Below the pieces are notes generated by a model, which was not told the origin of the DNA, ran no database searches, and saw only the letters and a list, made by a program, of their open reading frames with translations. A stretch of 64,000 nucleotides of DNA from Microcella sp. (GTDB taxonomy: Bacteria; Actinomycetota; Actinomycetes; Actinomycetales; Microbacteriaceae). The number at the start of each line of letters is the position of its first letter. Position 1 is the stretch's first letter. Below, piece by piece: positions 7,954-17,645 of the stretch. Location: positions 1,943-65,942 of the forward strand of contig JAOASR010000036.1 in assembly GCA_030158585.1 (NCBI GenBank). The letters run 5' to 3'. The translations under genes were made by a program, and so were the position numbers.

Positions 7954-9719
7954 CAGCACTCCTGGAAGTCGTATACGTCGCGACCCAGGACCCCGGTGCC
8001 TCCCACGAAGGCGACCGACGACACCCGAGACTCGACCATCGATCGCACCGACACCTGCGGCAGGCACGACGGCGTCGCGAGGACGAGCGGTGACTTCTGC
8101 GCACCAGCAACAGCTGCCGCGCTCAGCGCGTCAGGGAAGTCGAGCCCGCTTGCGACATAGGCTCGCTCAGCATTCGGGAAGGCGAAAGCATTGATCAGTG
8201 CCGCGGTCTCGAACCGATCGGAGCCGCCGTAGCGAGTGATCGCGCCGATGCCCGCTCGATCACGGATCGACTGAGTGTAGAGGGTCGACACGGCCGCCGG
8301 ACCGCCCGCGACGACGATCGAGGTGACGCCGAGTCGAGAGAGCACGTCGAGTGTCGGGCGGTCGACCGACGTCGCGCCTCCCGGCACAAGCAGAACCGGC
8401 CCGCCGAGCGCGCCGGCTGCGGCGCTCGCAGAGAGCGCATCGGGGAAATCGGCGCCACTCGCGATGAACACCCGCGGCGCGCCCTCGGGGAAGCTCGCGA
8501 GCGCGATCTGTCGCGCCGTCTCGAAGCGGTCGGCTCCTGCGTCACGTCGGATGCTCGGCGCGAGCTCGGCGAGCTGCTGGTAGACGCTCCTGCTGACGAC
8601 GCCCTCACCTCCGACGACGACGATCGACTGCGGTGCGAGGCGACGGATCTCAGCGGACACCGCGTCGGGCAGCGAGGTGGGCTCGGTCAGCAGGAGAGGG
8701 CCGCCCGCCCGAGCGGCCGCGGGCGCAGCAGCGAGCCCGTCAGCGTAGAGCGAGCCGACGGCGACGAACACTGCGGGTGCCCCGGTGGGGAAGGCCGCCT
8801 TCGAGATCTCGACGGAGGTCTCGTACCGCGTGTCTCCGGCGTAGCGAGACCGCTCGACTCCCGACGGCATCTCGCCCGTCGGATTGCCGAACCAGTCGGT
8901 GTAGTAACGCCAGAAGTTGCGGTTGCCATACGAGGAGCAGGCATCCCCTGTGCCGTAGAGCTTCGCGAGTGACGCGGTGTTCGGCGTGTAGGGCGTGTAG
9001 TTGTAGAGACCGGCGGTGGCGGCGTTCTTGATCGTGACCGACTTGGTGCCGCAGGTCGGCGGGCTCACGACCCAGGAATTCGGGTGCAGGTAGATCGACT
9101 GGGTGCCGATCTGGTGCTTGAAGGAGCCAGGGCTCATGCGGTAGCGCTGGAACTGAGATGCGGCCGAGTAGACCTGGTTGAAGAAGCCGAAGAACAGCGA
9201 ATCGCAGACAGCCGTATCGGGGCAGCCGTATCCCATGGCCACGCGGATCGCACGGTCGCTGGGAGCCGAGCTCGTGATGAGGCCCTGCTCCTTCTGCAGA
9301 GTGACGAGGAGCGCCTTGGCGCTGATTCCGCAGGCCGCTTGCACCTTGAAGATGATGCGTGCGGCCGACTCGTTCGCCTCGCCGCGGTACTCGGCACACC
9401 GGGCGGTCGCCGCTCGCGTCGTCGTCGACTGCCGGAAGACGTCGAGGCAGTTCGTGCTGTCCTTGGCGCACGGTGAACCTTGTGACTCGAGGAAGGCCTG
9501 GATCTCGGCCTGCGTCATGGCGTCGCTGTTGTAGAACAGGTAATCGCTGATGAGGTACCCGGGATCGAAATCGGCTATATCGGCCGCGCGGGCCGGCCGG
9601 GCGTCGAACACTGCAGGCAGCATCGCGACGGCCATCGACATGACCGCGATCCAGCTCAGGAGCAGGCGGGAGCGCGTGATGCGCGAACGCGGACGAATGG
9701 ACGACTGAGTCACAGCCAC
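7953..9719 (-). CDS. secreted CWB2-repeat protein with a Cys-rich N-terminal domain (putative cell-wall hydrolase)
   Basis: Signal peptide; N-domain FDPGYLISD...LVTLQKEQGL...MGYGCPD...LYNYTPY...YGNRNFW; three CWB2 repeats (GDTRYETS, GADRFETA, GSDRFETA). Start GTG 9719 after a G-rich SD-like run. Confidence 0.82.
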   Translation of the reverse strand: MAVTQSSIRPRSRITRSRLLLSWIAVMSMAVAMLPAVFDARPARAADIADFDPGYLISDYLFYNSDAMTQAEIQAFLESQGSPCAKDSTNCLDVFRQSTTTRAATARCAEYRGEANESAARIIFKVQAACGISAKALLVTLQKEQGLITSSAPSDRAIRVAMGYGCPDTAVCDSLFFGFFNQVYSAASQFQRYRMSPGSFKHQIGTQSIYLHPNSWVVSPPTCGTKSVTIKNAATAGLYNYTPYTPNTASLAKLYGTGDACSSYGNRNFWRYYTDWFGNPTGEMPSGVERSRYAGDTRYETSVEISKAAFPTGAPAVFVAVGSLYADGLAAAPAAARAGGPLLLTEPTSLPDAVSAEIRRLAPQSIVVVGGEGVVSRSVYQQLAELAPSIRRDAGADRFETARQIALASFPEGAPRVFIASGADFPDALSASAAAGALGGPVLLVPGGATSVDRPTLDVLSRLGVTSIVVAGGPAAVSTLYTQSIRDRAGIGAITRYGGSDRFETAALINAFAFPNAERAYVASGLDFPDALSAAAVAGAQKSPLVLATPSCLPQVSVRSMVESRVSSVAFVGGTGVLGRDVYDFQEC

Positions 9720-9882
9720 GAGTAAACCCCCCTGGAGCGGTGATCCCCCCGACCACACGCCCTGTAGCCGAGAGTAACTCCCTGCGGGCGCAGAACGCGA
9801 GCCCGCATAGTGGTGACACGAGGAAGCGATGCCTCTCATGTTCGCTCCCACGAAGGTGCGCCGCTCGCCGCTCAGCAGGGGA

Positions 9883-11055
9883 TCAGTCGAGATCCAGGAA
9901 GCGCGCCATCGCCCGCGCGCTGCGGCCGCCATCATGGACTGCGGCCACGAACGCCGGACCCGCCGCCGCGATCTCGCGATAGTGGCCGGGTCGCGCGAGC
10001 ACGTCGAGTATCACCTCTCTGAGCGAGGCAGGAGTCGCCGAGACGATCGGGATCTCGAGCCCGGTGCTGTCGCGCACCGCCTCCCTGACCTGCTCGTGCA
10101 GGTGCGCCACTACTAGCCTTCCAGCCGCCATCGCTTCGACCGCCGCGACGCTGTAGGTGCCGATGCGGAACTGCTCGAGCACGATGTCGTTCTGCGCGAT
10201 GATCCCGGGCATGTCGGCGAAGGGGACGCCCTGCGCCTGCCGATAATCGATCAGGCCGTCCTCGTGCAGCCCTCGCATCGTGGCGTCGATGAGGTGCGTG
10301 CCCTTGACGTGAGCGTTGGATGGCACATGCACGACGCGCGGCACCCGCGAGGCGAGAACGGGCACGTCAGTCGCCCAGCGCTGCGCATCGACGACCACCG
10401 GAAGCCAGATCGACGGGCTCCAGTCGAGCAGCAGCTCCGGAGTGCTGACGAAGAGCGGAGCATCCGTCGCCCGGAGCAGCGCGCGATGCAGAGCCGTCTG
10501 GCGTCGATACTCCGGCTCGCGCTCCCACGCACCGTCGGCGAAGGGCGACCACTCATCGATCGCGCCGTGGCGGTCGGGGTCGCGCAGGTCGCTTCCGTGA
10601 CTGATAAGACCGACGCGGATGCCCCGCTCACGCAGCGCCGCCACCTCGGCGATCGGATCGTCGTCGAACAGTCGCCCGAACAACGGCCGCGCGGCCTCGA
10701 GCAGGACGTGCGTGTAGTGCCGCGCGACCGCCTCGAACTCGCGACGCTGCCAGCGCCGCGAGAAGCGGTAGACGTTGACCGGCACTACGGTGTCGGCCGG
10801 AAAGATCGGCATGCCTGGCGCGCGGAACTGGGTGGCGTGCGCGGCCACCCCCGGGAGAGCCTCGGCAGCGCGCGCCCAGGCGTTGCCCTGCCCGGCGAAG
10901 TTGACGGGCCCGACGTAGAGGCGCACCTCCGCATCGAGCCGCGGGGCCGGCGCCGGCACCTCGGCCGCGGTGTAGCGGTAGCGCGGGGCCCTCAGACGCC
11001 CGCCGATCGCGTCGGGCAGGACGTCGAGCAGCTGTTGAGGCAGGGTGCGGGTCAT
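9883..11055 (-). CDS. GT-B fold glycosyltransferase-like protein
   Basis: PVNFAGQG, HGSDLR, HVPSNAHVKGT and DIVLEQFRIGTYSVAAVEAMAAG (GT4-like C-terminal E-A-M-A-x-G). Confidence 0.78.
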   Translation of the reverse strand: MTRTLPQQLLDVLPDAIGGRLRAPRYRYTAAEVPAPAPRLDAEVRLYVGPVNFAGQGNAWARAAEALPGVAAHATQFRAPGMPIFPADTVVPVNVYRFSRRWQRREFEAVARHYTHVLLEAARPLFGRLFDDDPIAEVAALRERGIRVGLISHGSDLRDPDRHGAIDEWSPFADGAWEREPEYRRQTALHRALLRATDAPLFVSTPELLLDWSPSIWLPVVVDAQRWATDVPVLASRVPRVVHVPSNAHVKGTHLIDATMRGLHEDGLIDYRQAQGVPFADMPGIIAQNDIVLEQFRIGTYSVAAVEAMAAGRLVVAHLHEQVREAVRDSTGLEIPIVSATPASLREVILDVLARPGHYREIAAAGPAFVAAVHDGGRSARAMARFLDLD

Positions 11056-12257
11056 CGAGTCTCCTCGAGCCAGGGGCGGAGCTGCTGAGCCGTACGCGCC
11101 CCGTCGTGCACCGCCCTGACGAAGTCGGGGCCGGCTGCGGCCGTGGCGAGAGCGACGCTCGGGTCGGCGAGCAGCCTACGCAGCACCGCCTCGAGCTCAT
11201 CGGCGTCGGCCTGCACGATCGGCAGGTCGAGTCCGGTCTCAGCGCGCACGTGAGTTCGCACCTCCGACGCGACGTGCGACACGACGATTCGTCCTGCGGC
11301 CAAAGCCTCGCACGCGGCCACGCCATACGAACCGATGCGGAACTGGTCGAGCACGATATCGGCGCCGGCATAGGCAGCTGGCATCTGCGTGCTCGCCAGC
11401 CCCTCGATACGGCGGTACTCGATCAGCCCCTCCGCATCGAGCGCGCGCAGAGTTCCGTCGACGAGATCGGTGCCTTTGACGATCGCCGTGCTGGGAACGT
11501 GCGCGACGATCGGGCGCCCATCGCGGGCGAGCGGCGCGGCGTCGGCACGCCACCGTTCGGGTTCGACGACGACGGGCAACCACACGGCCTGCGGCAGGTC
11601 GGAAAGCAGGTCGGGGGTCGAGACGAACAGGGGGCATCCGACGGCGTCGATGAGGGCGCGCGCCCGGTCGGCCCGCACCTGCAGGGCCGGCGTGAGCGCC
11701 CACAGACCCTCGGCGTACGGGGAATGGCGCTCACGAGCGCGGTGGGCGGCCGGATCGCGCACGTCACTGCCGTGCCAGGCGAGGGCCACCCGGATACCCG
11801 CGCCCCGCAGCGCCTCGATCTCACCGAGAACGCCGCGCCCGAAGGCGTCGCCGAACAGCGGCTTGGCCGACTCGAGCAGCACGTGCGTGGCGCCGGCGAG
11901 CACCGCCTGACGCTGCGCTCGCTGCCACGCGCGCGACCAGCGGTAGTCGCCGAGGGGGACGAGCTGGTCGGTCGCGAAGCCGAAGTCGCGCACGCTGCGC
12001 ACCGCCATCGCCTGCGCGCCCACGTCGGGCAGTCGCTCGGCCGCACGCGCCCAGGCGCACCCCTGCCCCGCGGAGTTCACGGGGGCGACGAGCAGCCGCA
12101 CCGCGGTGTCGGGCAGCTGCACGGCCGGCGGCGGCGCGACCGGGTCGAAGCGCTGCCCGGCTGGGACGACCCGCGCGAGCACGCGCGGCGGCACCGCGCT
12201 CGCGAGGGCGCCGGCGGCGCGCTGCCCGACGGCCCGCAGCCGCGCGATGGCGCTCAC
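11052..12257 (-). CDS. GT-B fold glycosyltransferase-like protein (paralog of 9883-11055)
   Basis: GTG 12257 overlaps the upstream TGA; PVNSAGQG, HGSDVR, HVPS...KGT and DQFRIGSYGVAACEALAAG. Confidence 0.78.
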   Translation of the reverse strand: MSAIARLRAVGQRAAGALASAVPPRVLARVVPAGQRFDPVAPPPAVQLPDTAVRLLVAPVNSAGQGCAWARAAERLPDVGAQAMAVRSVRDFGFATDQLVPLGDYRWSRAWQRAQRQAVLAGATHVLLESAKPLFGDAFGRGVLGEIEALRGAGIRVALAWHGSDVRDPAAHRARERHSPYAEGLWALTPALQVRADRARALIDAVGCPLFVSTPDLLSDLPQAVWLPVVVEPERWRADAAPLARDGRPIVAHVPSTAIVKGTDLVDGTLRALDAEGLIEYRRIEGLASTQMPAAYAGADIVLDQFRIGSYGVAACEALAAGRIVVSHVASEVRTHVRAETGLDLPIVQADADELEAVLRRLLADPSVALATAAAGPDFVRAVHDGARTAQQLRPWLEETR

Positions 12258-13396
12258 GCGCGGCCCGCCAGGAGGGGTGCGACGAGCTCGCGGATCACTG
12301 CGGCGTCGGTCTCGAAGCTCAGCTCGCGTGCCGCGGCGGTGCTGGCGGCTTTGAACGTGCGCACCGCATCCGGCGTCAGAGAACCGAGGGCGCGCACGAC
12401 GTCGTCGACCGCGAACCCCTCGGCGACCACACCCAGGCGGTGCTGCTCGACGAGTCGCTGCATCTCGACGGTCGGCCCCACGACGATGCCGAGCCGCGCC
12501 TGCACGAAGTCGAAGAACTTGTTCGGCAGGGTCAGCCGCGCGTTGGTGTGGGTGGGCGGAATGACGAAGACACCGACGTCGTAGCCGTTGAGGGTGACCG
12601 GCAGCGCGGCAGGGGCGACCGGCTCGCGGAAGCGGATGCGGTCGCACCCGGCTGCGCGCTGCTCGAGGCTGCGCTGGTAGGCGCCGCCGTCGCCTCCGGG
12701 CACGAGGAAGAGGTCGAGCGAGAAGCGGTCGTCGAGCGCCCGCACCGCGTCGATCATCGTCTCGAGGCTGCGGCCGTGCACCGCCGCGCCGCTGTGCACC
12801 AGGCGTACCGCGTCGTCGGCGACCGGCGTCGCCTCGAGCGGCTGCCAGGGATTCGAGTTGCGCACGACGGCCGGGCGCACCCCGAAGTCTCGCTCGTAGA
12901 GCTCGGCGATCGACAGGCACACCGTGCTCGTCACGGCGCTCAGCGGCAGGTAGCGGGCGCACAGGTGGCGCATGAGCGGCGCCACGAGCAGCCGCCAGCT
13001 GAGCACGTGCGTGCGCTCCTCCGGTGCCCACTCGTGCAGGTCGGCCCAGACGGGCGCGCCACCCGCGACGGCGTGGGCCAGAGCGAGCACGCGGGCGTCG
13101 TTCGCCACCACGAGGTCGAAGCGCTGCCCGCGCAGAGCATCCAGCGCGAAGCGGATCGCCGGCGCCGCCAGCTCGGCCCGCCGCCATTGCCGCAACGCGA
13201 GGGTCGCCACGCCGCCGACGGTCTGCGGCAGCGAGGTCAGCTCGCGGGGCACCGCGATGTGCTCAGTGGCCCCCTGGGGATGCCCGCCGTAGCCGAGTGT
13301 CGTCACCGAGCCCAGCTGCGCGAGCACGCCCACCTGTCGCAGCACCCGCGCGTCGCGCTCGATCGGCGACAGTGAGATGCACAAGATGCGGGGCAC
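12254..13396 (-). CDS. GT4 glycosyltransferase
   Basis: DARVLRQ, DLHEW, DVGVFVIPP and LPNKFFDFVQARL. Confidence 0.85.
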   Translation of the reverse strand: MPRILCISLSPIERDARVLRQVGVLAQLGSVTTLGYGGHPQGATEHIAVPRELTSLPQTVGGVATLALRQWRRAELAAPAIRFALDALRGQRFDLVVANDARVLALAHAVAGGAPVWADLHEWAPEERTHVLSWRLLVAPLMRHLCARYLPLSAVTSTVCLSIAELYERDFGVRPAVVRNSNPWQPLEATPVADDAVRLVHSGAAVHGRSLETMIDAVRALDDRFSLDLFLVPGGDGGAYQRSLEQRAAGCDRIRFREPVAPAALPVTLNGYDVGVFVIPPTHTNARLTLPNKFFDFVQARLGIVVGPTVEMQRLVEQHRLGVVAEGFAVDDVVRALGSLTPDAVRTFKAASTAAARELSFETDAAVIRELVAPLLAGRA

Positions 13397-13487
13397 GCGT
13401 GAATCCTACGGGCGAGGCCGCGCGTGGGAGACTGAACGACGGTTCTGCCCGCCCCGCCCGCCTGCCCCGCCGAAGGAGACCGCCGTC

Positions 13488-14813
13488 GTGGCCGACACCG
13501 CCCCCCACCTGCTGTACGTCGCGTGGGGCTACCCGCCCGGGCGCGGCGGCGGCGTGTACCGCGCCCTCGCCACCCCCAACGCGTTCGCGCGGGCTGGGTG
13601 GAAGGTCACCGTGCTCACCGGGCTGCGCGAGACCTTCCAGTACTCGACCGGCATCGACGAGCGGCTCGAGCAGCGCATCGACCAGCGCATCACGGTGCAC
13701 CGCATCCCCTTCCCGGGGGTGCCCTATGAGGTCGACTTGCGCCGCTGGTCGCCGCTGCGCGCGCGCCTGCCCGAGGTGCACAATGCATGGCGCGAGCGGC
13801 GCGCGCGGCGCGCATTCCCCGAGCGGGTGTACGGCGAGTGGCGAGCGCCGCTGGAACGGGCCGCGCTCAGCATCCACCGCGAACACCCCGTTGACCTCAC
13901 GATCGCGACGGCTAACCCCTACGTCGATTTCACTGCGGCGGCCGCCCTGCACGCGCACGCGGGCGTGCCCTACGTCATGGATTACCGCGACGCCTGGCAG
14001 CTCGACGTGTTCAGCGGCGAGCGGGCGACGGCCGCCGGCGGCATCGTTGACCGCTGGGAGACGCGCCTGACGGCCGATGCACAGGAGGTCTGGTTCGTCA
14101 ACGAGCCGATCCGCGCCTGGCACGCGGCTGTGCACCCCGAGCGCGCCGACCGCATGCGCGTCGTCGCCAATGGCTACGATGCCGAGCTGGTGCCGTTCAC
14201 CGACATCGTGCGGGCCGGCCGGGGAGAAGGTCTCATCTTCGGCTACATCGGCACGATGTCGCCGAAGGTACCCCTCGAGCCGCTCATACAGGGCTGGCGC
14301 CGCGCCCGCGAACTCGACCAGCTCGTGGCGCGCTCGAGCCTGGTGCTGCACGGCGACCTCGGGTATGCGGGAGCGGCCAACGAGCAGTGGCTTCGGCTGC
14401 TGCGCGAGAACGCCGAGCACGGCGTCGACTACCGCGGCCCCGTGTCGAAGGTCGACCTCGGCGGCACCTACGCAGGGTTCGATGCCCTCGTGCTGGCCCT
14501 CGGTACCGGTGCTTACGTGACCAGCGGGAAGGTCTACGAATACTGCGCATCCGGCCTCCCCATCGCGTCGGTGCACGATCCCGGCAACGCCGCCAGCGAC
14601 GTGCTGCGGGGGCACCCGGCGTGGAGCCCGGCCGACGGACTCGGTGCGGAGCAGGTCGCCCGGGTCCTCATCGAGACCGCCCACCGCTCGGCTGCGCAGA
14701 CGTCGCCGGAACGCGCCGCGACACAGCGCTGGGCAGCCCAGTACGAACGGCAGGCGCAGCTCGACTCGCGAATCGCCGAGCTCACCGCCATCGCCATGGA
14801 AGGCCGTGCATGA
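13488..14813 (+). CDS. GT4 glycosyltransferase
   Basis: AAGGAG SD then GTG 13488; YPPGRGGGVYR, MDYRDAW, NGYD and SGKVYEYCASGLP. Confidence 0.85.
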   Translation: MADTAPHLLYVAWGYPPGRGGGVYRALATPNAFARAGWKVTVLTGLRETFQYSTGIDERLEQRIDQRITVHRIPFPGVPYEVDLRRWSPLRARLPEVHNAWRERRARRAFPERVYGEWRAPLERAALSIHREHPVDLTIATANPYVDFTAAAALHAHAGVPYVMDYRDAWQLDVFSGERATAAGGIVDRWETRLTADAQEVWFVNEPIRAWHAAVHPERADRMRVVANGYDAELVPFTDIVRAGRGEGLIFGYIGTMSPKVPLEPLIQGWRRARELDQLVARSSLVLHGDLGYAGAANEQWLRLLRENAEHGVDYRGPVSKVDLGGTYAGFDALVLALGTGAYVTSGKVYEYCASGLPIASVHDPGNAASDVLRGHPAWSPADGLGAEQVARVLIETAHRSAAQTSPERAATQRWAAQYERQAQLDSRIAELTAIAMEGRA

Positions 14814-15271
14814 GCATCGTCATCGTCGCCGCGGGGCCCGCTCCCCTCTACACCGCCATTGACCAGCTCGGCGAGCGCCTCCGCGGTCGGTCGATCATCG
14901 CGGTCGTCGGCGGCGCCACTGCCGACGACCAGGCCCGATTCGTCGCTGCCGGGCTCACCACCATCGCGCTGCCCGGGCTCCCCCCGCTGGCGGTCGAACG
15001 AGTCCTCCGCGGCTCCGCGATCGGCCGGACCCTCCTGCGACTCACCTCCGCCGACCGCGGCGTGCGACTCGCACGACGCGCGCGCGCCGACATCGCGGCC
15101 CGCCGGGCCCTCGACGAGGCCGGCGTGCTCGTGGCGGCCGAGCGCGATGCTGTGCTGACCGTCTGGCGCGCCGCCCGCAGGGCCCCCGCATCGACCACAG
15201 CCGTGCTCGGGCTCCCCGCGCTCGCCGCGATCATCCGTCACGATGCGCACGACGGTAGCGTGACCGCATGA
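14810..15271 (+). CDS. hypothetical protein (about 153 aa)
   Basis: ATGA overlaps at both ends; resembles 17642-18100. Confidence 0.7.
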   Translation: MSIVIVAAGPAPLYTAIDQLGERLRGRSIIAVVGGATADDQARFVAAGLTTIALPGLPPLAVERVLRGSAIGRTLLRLTSADRGVRLARRARADIAARRALDEAGVLVAAERDAVLTVWRAARRAPASTTAVLGLPALAAIIRHDAHDGSVTA

Positions 15272-16326
15272 AGGTACTGAGCGTCGTCGGGGCCCGACCG
15301 CAGTTCGTCAAGCTCGCGCCCATCGCGCACGCCCTCGCTCCCGCGCACGAGCACGTCGTCGTGCACACGGGCCAGCACTACGACGCACTGATGAGCGACG
15401 TGTTCTTCCGCGATCTGGGAATCGCGGCACCCGACGTCAACCTCGCCGTCGGCTCGGGCGCCCACGGCGCCCAGACCGCGGCGATGCTCGCCGGGCTCGA
15501 GCCGATCTTCGAGCAGCACCGGCCCGACTGGGTGCTCGTCTACGGCGATACCAACTCGACGCTCGCCGCCGCCGTGGCCGCCGTCAAGCTGCACCTGCCC
15601 CTCGCGCACCTCGAGGCCGGTCTGCGCTCCTTCAACCGCCGCATGCCCGAGGAGCACAATCGCGTGCTCACCGACCACGCGGCAGACCTGTGCCTCGCGC
15701 CCACCACGGTGGCGATGGGTCATCTGGCCGACGAGGGTCTCGCCGAGCGCAGCGTTCTCGTGGGCGACGTCATGACAGACGTGCTGTACCAGGTGCGCGA
15801 CCGCGTGCTCGCAGCGCCGCCCGCCTTGCCCTGGGAGGGACCGACAGGCATCGTCGCCACCATCCACCGCGCCGAGAACACCGACGACCCCGTCCGCTTG
15901 CGGGCGATCGTGGAAGCTCTCGCAGAACTCGACCGGCCGGTGCGGCTGCTCTCCCACCCCCGCCTGGTTGCCGTCGCCCAGCGGGAGGGCATCGCGCTCG
16001 ATCGAGGCGCCGTCACGGCGACCGCGCCCCTGGCATATCCCGACCTCATCGCCGCCGTGCTGTCGAGCTCGGGCGTCGTCACCGACTCGGGAGGTCTTCA
16101 GAAGGAGGCCTACCTGCTGCGGCGCCTGTGCACGACCGTCCGGTCGGAGACCGAATGGGTCGAGACGGTTACGGCGGGCTGGAACGTCATCGCTGGCGAT
16201 CGCCTCGACGAGCTCGCCGCACTCGTCGCGCGCCCGATCGCACACGAGCCCCTCGACCACCCCTTCGGTGACGGCCGCGCGGCCGAGGCTGTCGTCGCCA
16301 CCCTCGCAGCACGAACGGCGCGATGA
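15268..16326 (+). CDS. wecB: non-hydrolysing UDP-N-acetylglucosamine 2-epimerase (WecB/WbpI-like)
   Basis: VGARPQFVK, HTGQHYD, YGDTNSTLA, EAGLRS, HRAENTD, TDSGGLQKEA and TEWVET. Confidence 0.92.
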   Translation: MKVLSVVGARPQFVKLAPIAHALAPAHEHVVVHTGQHYDALMSDVFFRDLGIAAPDVNLAVGSGAHGAQTAAMLAGLEPIFEQHRPDWVLVYGDTNSTLAAAVAAVKLHLPLAHLEAGLRSFNRRMPEEHNRVLTDHAADLCLAPTTVAMGHLADEGLAERSVLVGDVMTDVLYQVRDRVLAAPPALPWEGPTGIVATIHRAENTDDPVRLRAIVEALAELDRPVRLLSHPRLVAVAQREGIALDRGAVTATAPLAYPDLIAAVLSSSGVVTDSGGLQKEAYLLRRLCTTVRSETEWVETVTAGWNVIAGDRLDELAALVARPIAHEPLDHPFGDGRAAEAVVATLAARTAR

Positions 16327-17645
16327 GCCCGCACCTGCTGTACGTCGCGTGGGGCTTTCCGCCCTCCCGCGGCGCCGGCATGTACCGCGCTCTGGCAACC
16401 GTGGCCGCATTCATCGACGCCGGTTGGCGGGTCACCGTGCTCACGGCCGACCGGGAGGCCTTCGAGACGCTGACGGGGGTCGACGTGGAAGCCGAGGCAA
16501 GCATCCCGACCGCCGCCACCGTCGTGAGGGTGCCGTTCGACGCGCGCCGCGGAGAACGCGACCTCGCTCGCTGGAGCCGCCTGCGCATGAGCTCGCCGCT
16601 GCTGTGGAGCGGCCTTCGGCTGGTCGTCGAGACGGCGCGGTTCCCCGAACCCGGCTACGGGCACTGGGCGAGACCGATCGCGGCGGAAGCACGCGCCATC
16701 CACCGGCGCGACCCCATCGACCTCGTCATCGGCACCGCCAACCCCAACGTCGACTTCGTGCCAGGCGCCGCTCTGCACCGCACTGCACGGGTTCCGTACG
16801 TCATGGACTACCGCGACACATGGCACCTGGACATGTACGCCGACCGGCGGCGCGGAGCACGGTGGTCGCGATCGGCGCGGCGCGAGCGCCGCCTGCAGCG
16901 CCGCGCCCGCGAGCTCTGGTTCGTGAACGATGCGATTCGCGAATGGCATGCGCGTGAACTGCCCAGTGCCGCGGGTCGGATGCACGTGGTGCAGAACGGC
17001 TACGACCCCGCCTTCGTCGACCCTGCCGTTCTGAGAGCTACGGACACCCAGGGCCGCCCCCTCACGCTGGGCTACCTCGGTACCATCTACGGCCCGATGC
17101 CGATGCGCGAGACACTCGACGGGTGGCGCCGCGCCCGCGAGAGATCCCCGCTCGTCGCTGACGCCCGCTTCGTCATCCGCGGGCGCCTCGGGCACTACAG
17201 CACCCCCGACGCGGCCATGGCGGCGCTCATTGACGAGTACGCCGACGACGGCGTCGTCTACGGCGGGCCGGTGAGCAAGGCCGATGTCGCCGGCGTATAC
17301 GCCGAGTTCGACGCTCTCGCACTCATCCTCGGCCGCAGCCGCTACATCACCAGCGGGAAAGTGTTCGAGTACGCCGCGACCGGACTGCCTGTGGTTTCGG
17401 CGCATCACCCCGAGACCGCATCGACCCGTGTGCTGCAGGGGCACCCCGCGTGGTTCCCTATCGAACGGGTCGACTCCGAGACCGTGGCGGACGCCATCAT
17501 CGCCGCGCTCCAGGCCGCCGCTGCGCCCGACGCCCCAGATCGACGGGCCGCAGCTCAGCGGTGGGCCGAGCACTTGGAGCGCGACAGGCAACTCGCGCCG
17601 CGCATCCAGGCCCTGCGGGCCCACGTCGATGGGGCCCGTTCGTGA
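16323..17645 (+). CDS. GT4 glycosyltransferase (paralog of 13488-14813)
   Basis: PHLLYVAWGFPPSRGAGMYR, MDYRDTW, NGYD and SGKVFEYAATGLP. Confidence 0.85.
   Translation: MSPHLLYVAWGFPPSRGAGMYRALATVAAFIDAGWRVTVLTADREAFETLTGVDVEAEASIPTAATVVRVPFDARRGERDLARWSRLRMSSPLLWSGLRLVVETARFPEPGYGHWARPIAAEARAIHRRDPIDLVIGTANPNVDFVPGAALHRTARVPYVMDYRDTWHLDMYADRRRGARWSRSARRERRLQRRARELWFVNDAIREWHARELPSAAGRMHVVQNGYDPAFVDPAVLRATDTQGRPLTLGYLGTIYGPMPMRETLDGWRRARERSPLVADARFVIRGRLGHYSTPDAAMAALIDEYADDGVVYGGPVSKADVAGVYAEFDALALILGRSRYITSGKVFEYAATGLPVVSAHHPETASTRVLQGHPAWFPIERVDSETVADAIIAALQAAAAPDAPDRRAAAQRWAEHLERDRQLAPRIQALRAHVDGARS

Noticed and set aside
5629-8860. Repeated DNA segments in the two surface-protein genes as a possible repeat array
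   Set aside because: Explained by protein-level CWB2 repeats; no identical direct repeats with spacers.
9720-9882. Possible c-di-AMP (ydaO) riboswitch upstream of the CWB2 hydrolase; GCGGGC/GCCCGC stem near 9784-9806
   Set aside because: I could not find the riboswitch consensus elements; a single short GC stem is expected by chance. An Infernal/Rfam scan would settle it.
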